A stretch of 64,000 nucleotides of DNA from Macrostomum hystrix (taxonomy: Eukaryota > Animalia > Platyhelminthes): assembly GCA_950097015.1 (NCBI GenBank), contig CATNEN010000010.1, positions 372,001 through 436,000 of the forward strand. Direction: 5' to 3'. Position numbers and translations under genes: made by a program. The stretch's first letter is position 1. Every line of letters begins with the position of its first letter. The notes beneath the pieces were generated by a model. That model was not told the origin of the DNA. It was given only the letters and a program-made list of their open reading frames with translations, and did no database searches. This document shows, one piece after another, positions 1 to 9,511 of the stretch.

Positions 1-150
1 CTAAAGAAGTCAAAAGCAAGACAAAGGAAAGAAGAAGTGCACACGAAGAAATTTAACGTTGAGAACGGAAGAAATGAATAAAACCTACGAATACTTATCA
101 ATCGAAATAAACTGACTAATTTGTGTCCGACATGTGGTAAAGGGCGGCGC

Positions 151-236
151 GGTCGACCTCACATCACGCCACAGACCGTGGATGTTGTCGGTCGACCTTA
201 CATCACGCCACAGACCGTGGATGTTGTCGGCCGACC
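151..236. repeat. 39-bp tandem duplication (about 2.2 copies) overlapping the 3' end of the first ankyrin gene
   Basis: GGTCGACCT(C/T)ACATCACGCCACAGACCGTGGATGTTGTC starts at 151 and 190, with a partial third copy at 229. Confidence 0.9.
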
Positions 237-1482
237 GGCCCGTCCGGCAGTTGCGGGCCCGCCCCTTCGCCCGTTGGCCGTCGGCGGTCCACGGTCAGGC
301 GGCAGCAGCTTCAGCACCCGGCGCCGATGGCCCATGGCTGTTGCCGTCTCACGCAGCGACCTCGGCCTGCTAGAAGGCATCGCCGCTGCTGCCCCAGCCG
401 CCACCGCCGACCCCGCAGTCCCCGCAGTTAAACTGTCAGACCGGTGGCCGCGATCGCGGATCTCGGCGTTGACGTTGCGGTTGGCCAGCAGCTGTACCAT
501 CTTTCGAGTGTCACCAGCCAGAGTGGCGTGCACGAACTCGAGTGTGGCGCGGCTGCCCTCCAGCAGGTCCACAATCAGGCTGCCGGCACCGACATGGCGG
601 GCGAAGCTGATGAGGCTCTCTCCGTCAGTGCGGGTGATGCGGACTCGAAACCAGCAGCCCAGCAGCCGATCCACCAGGAAATAGTCGCTTGCCTGCAGTG
701 GATCGGAACAGGATTAGGGACATATAAATCGACGAAAATCACGGACAGTCGGGCCTACCTTAACGGCGGCCCACAGTCCGCCTGGAGGAAACTCTTCGTA
801 TGCGCTGCGCGCAGCCTCCGCCGCTGAACGTGCTTCCTCATCTTCGGTGGTAGCAGCCTCTTCAGCAGAATCGACTAGAGCAGCAAAGTCGGCCGACGGT
901 TCCTGGCGGGCACCGCAGCGCAGGAGGGCTCGCGTTAATAGGGGAAGGCGCCGACGCAGAGCGCGACGCAAAGGGGTGTCGCCACTGGCGTCCTCGGCGC
1001 TTGGGTCCACGTGGTGATTCGAGAGGGCGTAGATGAACGGCTCGAAGGCGGTCTCTGTCTGGTGCTCCGCTGTGGATGCCACCAAGTGCAGAAAGTTCAC
1101 GCCGAAGTTGGAGTCGGTGAGTGTGACAGACTGCTGCTGACAGTAGATGGCGTGGTACAGCGCAGACAGACTGCAGCTGACAATGGCTCGGTACACCGGA
1201 GAGCTGGCGAAATCCTTTGAAAAGACATGCAGACTGAAGCTGCCGTCGTTGGGCTCTATGGCTGATAATAAAATTAAGAAAAGCGGTAATCTTTAAACAC
1301 TAAGGAGCCTGCGTATCTTATCCCATACAAATTCTCCCCACCAGCATCGGATCTTCCAAGACTGCCTTACCGGACTCCAGCGAGCTGTCGGAGCAGCTGC
1401 AGTCCTCGATACTGGGATCCTCGCCGTCCAGTATGTCACTGCCATCGCTGTCCGCAGCGTGGTTATTCCGTCTGGAAGCCAT
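198..1482 (-). CDS. Ankyrin-repeat protein with an acidic N-terminus (3 exons, about 369 aa)
   Basis: Exons 1482-1371, 1261-759 and 692-198 join in frame through GT-AG introns (phases 1 and 0). The product is MASRRNNHAADSDGSDILDGEDPSIEDCSCSDSSLES-AIEPNDG..., with ankyrin-like motifs SGDTPLRRALRRRLPLLTRALLRCGA, DGESLISFA and MVQLLANRNVNAEIRD. Confidence 0.65.
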
Positions 1483-2707
1483 GCTGTTCGCGCGGCGCCA
1501 ATGACATGGCAGGTAAGCGCGAGACGCAGAAACTCGAATGGGCCCAGGTGGAAAGACTGCGAGCAGCCAATCTGGCGCACTGGCTCGCCACTCTCTCCCT
1601 CTATCTCAACTCTTTAGCCTTCTTGCTCTCGCTCGCCTTAACACCTGCATGTGAAAGTGGGCGCCCGCACTGTACACGCCTCATTCACTCTCTGCCCTAC
1701 GAGAAGTAGTGCGGGTGATTCAATGTACGCAGACGCTTCCACTCGCATGCGGCTCATACTCAAAAGTTTGGGTGGTAAGGAGTGGGTGAGGCGAATTGTG
1801 TACGCTAGGGCAGAGCTGGCGGAGGGGTGGGGAGACAAGGTGAGATGGAGTGGACTCTATTGGCTGGGCCAGTTGCGGAGCTTAGGAAATGGAAGAAGCT
1901 ATGGGGTGTGCAAACGCTAATTTTGCTGCTTTTTAGCTTAGCAAAATGCTACTGACTTGCTACTGACTGTTGGTGAGTAGCATTGAACGGTATTGACTCA
2001 CGAATTTTAGCAGTGGGCTCACTAAGCCTAGACAGTGGGTAGGCAAGCGGATAGGTAGTGGGTAGGAAGTGGGTAGGCAGCGGGCACAACGTAAGGCATT
2101 TAATATTCGCAAGGCATTTAACGTATAGTATAGTGGACATTGCTCATTCGCGTTGTAATGTTTCTATTATTTGTATGTTACTAGGCGTAGGCTTATAGGC
2201 TAGATCGTCATGCCTGCAGTTTATCGGAAATTTACATCAAACTTAAACCCTACATTAATTAGCTTTCATTTAAATAAAATCAATGGCCTACAGCTTTGAA
2301 AGGGGCGAAAGATCAGCAAAGCTTAAAAGCTAAAATGTACATTCCAAAATGAACGGGTTCTCAAACAACTCGCTGAATTTATGTTTAGTGAAATTTAGTG
2401 AGAAATGTAAACATATTTTATAACTCGGTTCCATGAGTTTGTTATTGCCTACAACTTTTGCAACCAGAAGTTAAAAAAGTTGCGAGTTTCAATATCACAA
2501 AACGATGCAGCTTCAATATTTGCCAAACTGGCCAAGTTATCCAAATAAAATTTAATCCAAATGTGAATTTACTTTAAATCTACATTAAAGTGCGATGGAA
2601 TGGAACAGAACATGCGAACCAATTCATGGCACATATGCACATGATGCAACAGTTATGATTCAATTGAAGTATGAGTTCCTGTACAGCAGCGCAGTTTTTC
2701 CTGTACT

Positions 2708-3997
2708 TCATGGGCTTTCATAAAGTTCCTTAAGAGCCGCCAGCACGACTAGCCGTCTAACTTGAACTCCTTGAGCCGCCCAGATGCTGAAGGCAGCACT
2801 AACCGGCTTGTCAGACATTCCAGCCAGACCTACATCGCTCAGCTGTTCGTCTTGGCGAATCAGTTTGGCAAGGAAGTCCTGAGTTTGTCCACTGTGCAGC
2901 AATCGAATTTCCAGCTCGGCCATTTCCTCTGCTGAATATTCCTCGTCCAGTAAAGGCAGAGCTGTAGGGATGTTGTCGAGCACACTGGGTACAGAGGCCA
3001 CACCACTGTCGACCGAGTTCACGGGCTTCATCCATGATTCGATTCTGAAGCTTGCCATCACTGCAGGAACAACAGTGCTTTGAGTAATGGGGTCCTGCTG
3101 CTCCTCAAAGTCCATCTCAACAGCGGACTCTTCATTCTCGAGTCTGCTGAGAGACAGATCCTCGCCACTGGAGCCTTCGCTGTCCTCCTCCAACGGGTCG
3201 GCGCCGTTGTCAAGGAGGAATCGAGCTGCTTGAACCGCGCCGGCATTCACTGCTGACATCAGCGGCGTCCAGCGATTGCCGCGGTGTTGCCTCTCGTCAA
3301 GGTTGACGTTGATGCCAGTGTTGGTTGCGAAATCCAACAGCAGGCTCAGCATGTCAGTCCGGTCTCGAGTCGCCATCAGGTGAAGCACCGTGTCTCCAGC
3401 ACGGTCATTCATGTGGATGGCGGCAGCTACCTGGCCTGCCACAAGCCTGCCCTCCTCGATCAGAGTCCTTGTTATTCTCAGTCCGGCTTCGAGGACCTCA
3501 ACAGACTCCTCCAGTGCGCAGTGGTGCAGGAAGTTTCGGCCGTTGTTGTCGTACAGTCGGTGAAGCTGAGTCGGCTCTCTGACCAGCAGGCGCTCCATCA
3601 AATTCTCAGCTGAGCTGCCACTCGATGTGCTCAGCATGAGCATGGTTTCCCTACTCTGCGAGCGGTCGTCAAGAGCCTCGGGATTTTGACTAGCCGCAAT
3701 GTCCAACAGCTTCTCGGCCCGCTCGCCCTGCTGCCGCAACAGAGCAGACGCCACGGGATTGTCGCCGTCGCTGTTGCGAACTCTCAGCCTGTCGGAGCTG
3801 CTGTTAAACGCCTGCAAGAGAATTTCTTCACAGTTGGCGCCCTCGCTGTACTGGTGAATTGCAGTGGCCAGAATGCGCGGATAGTCTAGCAGCAGGCGTC
3901 GCTGAATCGCCTGTGGCAGAGCGCGGAACCTCAGGGACTCGGGCGTCTCGCCCTGGGCTTCAGAATCTAGGTTCAGCTGCTGCATTTGAAGATTCAT
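2708..3997 (-). CDS. Ankyrin-repeat protein with a putative C-terminal death-fold domain, paralog A (429 aa, intronless)
   Basis: Long single ORF with ankyrin motifs GDNPVASALL, NGRNFLHHC, AGDTVLHLMA and NRWTPLMSAVNAGAVQAARFLLDNGADP. The tail is helical (PVSAAFSIWAAQ...LVVLAALKEL). The death-fold call is by pattern only. Confidence 0.85.
   Translation of the reverse strand: MNLQMQQLNLDSEAQGETPESLRFRALPQAIQRRLLLDYPRILATAIHQYSEGANCEEILLQAFNSSSDRLRVRNSDGDNPVASALLRQQGERAEKLLDIAASQNPEALDDRSQSRETMLMLSTSSGSSAENLMERLLVREPTQLHRLYDNNGRNFLHHCALEESVEVLEAGLRITRTLIEEGRLVAGQVAAAIHMNDRAGDTVLHLMATRDRTDMLSLLLDFATNTGINVNLDERQHRGNRWTPLMSAVNAGAVQAARFLLDNGADPLEEDSEGSSGEDLSLSRLENEESAVEMDFEEQQDPITQSTVVPAVMASFRIESWMKPVNSVDSGVASVPSVLDNIPTALPLLDEEYSAEEMAELEIRLLHSGQTQDFLAKLIRQDEQLSDVGLAGMSDKPVSAAFSIWAAQGVQVRRLVVLAALKELYESP
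3173..3985 (-). repeat. 813-bp cassette, near-identical inverted copy of 9575-10387
   Basis: Both copies run from ATGCAGCAGCTGAACC to GACAGCGAAGGC and have the same length. I count about 7 amino-acid differences over 271 codons. The flanks do not match at DNA level. Confidence 0.95.
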
Positions 3998-4993
3998 TTG
4001 CTCGAGTTTAAGTTTTAAAGGACTTTTTGTGTCATAAAAACTCTTTGATGGATCTCGCCTTGCGTTTGATTTCGTCTTGAGGCTCTGCAGTATTTATATG
4101 AAATGCAGGGTCGCGGGTTACATGCGAAATAGTTTCTAGCAATTTAGTTAGCTGGGCTCGCCGTGAACAATCCGCGGGTGGAGAACGTTTCTATTTTTAG
4201 ATCTTACGAATTCGCTTCTTACTTGTCAGGCATTGGACAGTGTCTGCATACAGCAGTGCGCGCTTGCAGTTCCAGATTGGGCTGAAATCAACATTGTGCA
4301 GACGCTCACTGACTAGAGACTGGGAGTTGAGGGACAGGAAACTTAAAACTCTAGAGTTTAAGAGGCTGCTTTTGCCTAAAAATGCGCTGCGGGGACAAGA
4401 GGTTTTCAGTTTATCTGCACAAATTTAGTGACAGTTTTTGTTTGGAAGCGGATTAAGGGCTCATATTTTGATATTAGCTTTCTTCATCGATTTCTGTCAA
4501 GCTTTAAAAGCTTTCTGTCAAAGGTTTCATATCCATTTTCCGCTTCTCTACATGCTGTCCCGTGTGCGGTGTAAAATACCTATGCTCCTGAAACAACAAA
4601 ACCACTAAGAAACAAGCTATTTGTTTTCTCTAATTTGATAATCTGATCAATTATCAAATACATTTATGAATATGGAATTCAAGCCTTATGACTCGTTTAT
4701 TGTTTAAGCCCTGTCACTGTTATTAATAAAGGCCTAGTAGTGAAAAAACACGAAGATAAGGTTTTCAGAAATAAAGCTGTGTGAAATTCCTGGAAGCAAC
4801 ATGTAAGGTACATCATATGCTAATAAGAGCTTTATAGATCAGCTTACAAAAATGATGAAAATGAAAAACAAAACCATTCAATGATCTTTTAATTTTCATG
4901 TAAAAAATTCCAATCTCAATCTTTTGGTGAAAACAAGACTCACAAAATTTTTCTGAAAACGTTGCATTTGTCCTTCCACTCTTATAGGTGGAA

Positions 4994-5300
4994 GGGGGTT
5001 GTAGCCTTGTGGCTAGAGCGTCGGACTTACGACTTTAAGGTCGTGAGGCACTTACAACTCCACAGAAACAATTTGTGTCCTTTAGCAATTAGATACATCT
5101 CTGCATTGCTTCAGTTCACCCATCTGTTAAACGGGATGGGCACCAGCAGCAGTTGGAGTAATTGAGGGTGGGCGTGGCGTCCCCCCCCAGTCCATTGACT
5201 GAACAGCCGTACGCAGCATTCAGTCCATGCGCAATAGCTACGGCTGCGCTGTCGGCTGCACATCTGGCCCGATGGAGTTAAAAAACTCCTATATTTCATA
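4994..5300 (+). mobile_element. tRNA-derived SINE (family A) with a CORE-like central block; 3' boundary approximate
   Basis: tRNA-like head GGGGGTTGTAGCCTTGTGGCTAGAGCGTCGGACTT with the B box missing. The block TGTGTCCTTTAGCAA...GCTTCAGTTCACCCATCTGTTAAACGGG resembles the MIR/CORE domain. Block 5176-5206 recurs inverted at 24803-24834. Confidence 0.6.
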
Positions 5301-5417
5301 CGTAAATTTGTGTTTGTTTCACTTCCCCACAGCTATCCTATCCAGCTTCAGTGAGGGAAATACGATTCGCTTGCTGTCATTCACTTACAGATACGGATAC
5401 TGTTGTGTACACATAAC

Positions 5418-6330
5418 ATGGTGACGAGCCTGAGCATTTCCGTGCCACGCGTGTTTCTCGCCTACCCAGGACAGCCACACACGCCTTGGAATCGTTGGAT
5501 CGAAGGATTCAAGATCTACCTGGAGGCCTTGGACCTTAACGAAGCATCGGACGCACGCAAGAAGGCGATACTCATCCATCTGCTTGGCGAGGAGGGCCAG
5601 CGAATCTACGCGCTGAGGAATCTGCCAACGGCAAACGTCGGCACCTTTGACTGGTGAAAGATTTTCAGGAGCAAAGCTGGTGAAAGAGCTGAAGACGATC
5701 TTCGGCGAGTCGCATAGCACCATCAGCAACCGCTACAGATTTAAGTCACGCGCCCAGATGTCTGGCGAGCCGATCAGCCAGTTCGTTGACGCCCTTTGCG
5801 AACTCGCAGCAGACTGCGAATACGGCGCTCTTCAAGACCAGATGATCAGGGACCAGATCATAGAGAAGACCCATTCGCCACGCATCAGAGAGCGACTGCT
5901 CATGGAGAAGGTGCTCGAGCTGGAGACAGCCACAGCCCTAGCGATTCAAGTCGAATCCGCCATCAACGACGCCAAGAACCTGCGCGACGGCAAGAGCGAC
6001 AAGGAGCAGGAGTCCCGCATCCAGAAGATCAGCCAGCGTCCGCCACGCAAGGGTCCCAAGCATGCGATGCCGCAGAAATCTAGCTCGGACGCGCGATGCG
6101 GCAACTGCGGATTGGCTGGGCATGCCACCTGCGCATTGAGTGTCCAGCGAAGGACAAGTCCTGCCTGCACTGCCACCGGGTCGGTCATTTCAAGTCATGT
6201 TGCCGACAGCGACGTAAGGTCCGCACCGTCAAGGATGACGATGACGACAATGAGCCATTCGAGGTGTCTACAGTTTGCCAGGCCAAGATTTCTCACTTCC
6301 GCGACAGTGCCGAGCGGCCTGGACCAGGCT
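5418..6330 (+). pseudogene. Gypsy gag with frameshifts and two CCHC-type knuckles
   Basis: PWNRWIEGFKIYLEAL...KKAILIHLLGEEG shifts frame near 5655 into RYRFKSRAQMSGEPISQFVDALCELAADCEYG..MIRDQII. A second shift near 6135 separates CGNCGLAGH from CPAKDKSCLHCHRVGHFKSCC. Confidence 0.85.
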
Positions 6331-7058
6331 GGCAAAGAAGAAGTTGGGGGGAGAGGCCTATAGACTCAGAGTAACAACTGGGTTCTGTAGGCAAACCTTC
6401 CTTCAACGGAGCGGCCCGGAAGTGACTAAACCGAGCATCTCCAAAAACAACAGTAAGTTCAACCGGACAACAGAGGAGAAGAAGAGCGAACAGGCTAAGA
6501 ACACCAAAACAGAAGACGGAAGAAGAACGACAAAAAAAGGCAAAATGAAACAAAAACTAGTAAAAACTCTAAAGCAACCAAAAATAGAGAGCGGGGAGGA
6601 GGAACGTCGAAGAGAGCTGCCATCCAAGATTATGACCGACAACGTACCGAGCATTCGAATACCTAGTCCCTCTGGACCATCCACATCGACTCAGCGGTGG
6701 CAAGCGGCTGCAGGTCGGCCATGCCTGGCCTCGTGCGGCGGAGGTGGCGCTGTTCCAACTCGGCGAACCGCGCGCCTTTCCTGCAAGCTACCCTACACCG
6801 CTGGGGCAAGGTACCCGCTGCGTCTTGCCCCCCACTGCAACGCTCCCCAGGAGGACACGCGGAACTTCCTGCTCGACTGCCCCAGGTGGGCCGATCAACG
6901 CCGCAACATCCTCCATTCTTCTGGCTCAATGTCCCTCCTGTGGGAGGACCCACAGGGAGAGAGAATCAAGAGAATCGGGTGCGGATCTTCATCGAGGCGA
7001 CGGCGCGCTGCCCCCCATATGCCTAGCGAGGGATCCGTACGCCAACAACAACAACAAC
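6330..7058 (+). mobile_element. Internally deleted non-LTR retrotransposon (LINE 3' end, I/Nimb/Ingi-like) inserted in the gypsy element; 5' boundary approximate
   Basis: A composite of frames at 6720-6910 gives VALFQL..RAPFLQATLHRWGKVP.ASCPHCNAPQEDTRNFLLDCPRWADQRR, the typical LINE ORF2 C-terminal zinc knuckle. It ends in a (CAA)5 tail at 7043-7057. Confidence 0.7.
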
Positions 7059-7799
7059 GGGCCCCAGTTCACCAGCCACGCATTCGAGGAGTTCCTGGCC
7101 GGCCAAGGCGTGAAGCACATCAAGACTTCGCTGTACCATCCGCAGTCGAACTCGAATGTCGAGCGGCTCAACCGTACGCTGAAGGAGTCGTTGAAGGCCC
7201 ATCTCAAGGTCGGCATTAGCTTCAAGAAGGCGCTCCGCGAGTTTCTGCAGTGCTACCGGTCAACGGCGAATGCGACCACGGGCCTGACGCCTGGAGAGCT
7301 GATGATCAGCCGGCCGCTCCGAGGGCCACTCAACAAGTGGAGCCGAGGCATCCGCCAGCCGACATCGAAAGCGACATCAGCGGAGGCCACGGAGCGACGA
7401 GACCAAGCCAACAAGGAGAAGGCCAGGCTAGCCACCGATTGTCGTCGAGGCGCCCGACCTTCACGACTGCAGGCTGGCGACACTGTGCGCGTCCGCCGGC
7501 CACAGACTGCTCACAAGCTGCGACATGGCTGGGCGACGTTCGGCAAATCATTCGTCGGCTGGGCCCCGAGTCCTGGCTGCTCGAAGACGGCTCGCGATGG
7601 CACTCCGATAACCTGGACAGCGTACCCAGTACACCAGCGGCGGACCAGTGACGCGTCCGACGTTGGACTCGGCACACTGATGGCGCCGACACCATTGCCG
7701 GAGCCACCGGTGAGGCCGCCGGGCAACGAGAGGCCGCTGCCACAGCCTAGGCGAGGCAGCCGGGTCCGGAGACCGCCAAGTCGGTTCAGCCCGAGTTGA
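7056..7799 (+). pseudogene. Truncated gypsy integrase core and C-terminus
   Basis: NGPQFTSHAFEEFLAGQGVKHIKTSLYHPQSNSNVERLNRTLKESLK is the rve core from the second Asp region onward. There is a frameshift near 7525 and an RRGSRVRRPPSRFS C-terminus. Confidence 0.85.
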
Positions 7800-7900
7800 T
7801 ATGCAATTTGCAAATGAAGTTAATGAACTGTTGAATTTGCGCACCAATGGACTGTTGTTTTCCCCATCCGTTAATCCCCTTTTGCTTTCGAAGGGGGTGA

Positions 7901-8126
7901 TGCTGTGTATGCGGCTTACATGCCGCCTTAGAGTGCGCGTGGCGCTTTTTGATTGGCTGGGGGTCGGTCTGTCCAAACCAGTCTATGCCGGGATAGGGGG
8001 TAATTGTTGTTTTCTCTGACTGACTAAAATATATATTAGTGCGCAAGGCCCTTGGAGGGCTCGCGTTTTTTCAACCTTCTAACCCAGTGCTCCGTTCTTC
8101 ATTTCTTCGCTGCCTCACACATAACT
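7901..8126 (+). repeat. 3' LTR of the gypsy element (about 225 bp)
   Basis: Directly follows the polypurine tract. Its termini TGCTGTGTA and ACACATAAC match the two halves of the 18-bp remnant at 5401-5418. Confidence 0.65.
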
Positions 8127-9511
8127 AGGCCTAAATAAATTGGGGACATTTAAATAAATAAATTAAAACACGCAAAATTCACAAATGGCCTTGTTAGAAA
8201 AGCATCAATTTTGTGGATTTTCCGCGGAATTGCCGGGGCGAGAAAATTAACTTAAAACGTTCCACGGACTTGCCACGGACTGGCCGCGGACTGACCGCGG
8301 AGTCGTACACACTGCTGTAGATTAAAAGCTCTGTGCCATTTTTAGTACCTTGTTCTATGAATCTATGCTAAGTAATTATTGTTATAAGTAAATTATTTTT
8401 TTAAGTTATTGGTAATTGGTGTCACAAAAAAGAAGATAATATAACAGACGAAAAACAAAACGAAGCAATAAGTGAACATTAGTTTTTTAGGCCTAATTAT
8501 TAGTTTATTCACAGTTTAAGTAGCTAACTCATGACTGTAGGTACTAGGCTTAGCTTACACTTACAAACTAAGCCTAGCACACAGCACACACACAGGAAAA
8601 CCTGAGCAAACTGTAGTTTTTTACTTGTCTCTTAAAAACAGTTTTTATAGCTTATTAAACTATGTATCAAATCTTACATTTATAATTATCAAGTAGCTAT
8701 TATAATAATTAGGAACAAGCTCCAATCTATATATTATTAAGAGCCTATGGCCTCTGCAAATGCAGATTTCCTCTGGCCCATATTTATGCTAGTCATAGCT
8801 AGGCCCAAGCTTTCTTGAATCTTGATAGATACTTACATTTCAGCATGTAACTAGGTTAGTAGATACTTTACTAGTATAAAAATATTTTTGCAATGATTCT
8901 TGATGTTAGCAATTAGCAATATTATAAATCAGTTGCATAGTACTTCCTATAACATTTGGGAAATAGTTCTGGGAAAAAACTTTCAGCCTTACATTGTGAT
9001 AACTATATGTAGCTATAGTGTATTGAAATAGTACTGTAGCTAACTATTAAACTCATTAGAAAATATAACTTCTAGCTTATCTTAACAGTTTATTATCTGA
9101 AAAAGTAAATACAGTCATTTTCACTTTCAATTAAATTATTTTTATATCTGAAACAAGTAGGTTAGCTAGCTATTGGTTGGTTGGTTGTTAATATTTATAG
9201 GTAGGCCCCTGTAGCTAGAATTGATAATACATCAACTTATAATCTTAGGAAAGGTCATAAACATTACAATGTCAATGGTATTACCAATTGTGTGGCCTAT
9301 GTAGACCAAGAATCTGAATATAGAACCTTTGGATAAAGCTTTTTTAAAGCTAATTGATAATTACTAATTGATTTCCTTGTTGGCTATTGTTCAATATAAA
9401 ATGTCTCTAGTCTACTTTTTATACCCTAAATTCAAATGAAAAACATCAAGTTCAGTTTAAGCTGCATACTCAATATCATGAGCTTTTCATTTCTAAAATA
9501 CTTTCAGCACA

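Larger units (their letters stand above)
5401..8126 (+). mobile_element. Degenerate Ty3/gypsy LTR retrotransposon (gag plus partial integrase; protease, RT and RNase H missing)
   Basis: PBS-like TGGTGACGAG at 5419 follows ...CATAACA. Gag and integrase homology are present. A PPT-like GAAGGGGGTGA at 7890-7900 precedes a 3' LTR from TGCTGTGTA (7901) to CACATAAC (8125). No target-site duplication was found. Confidence 0.85.

Noticed and set aside
6275-7799. 314-aa and 351-aa ORFs as host genes
   Set aside because: Chimeric frames across LINE and gypsy remnants.
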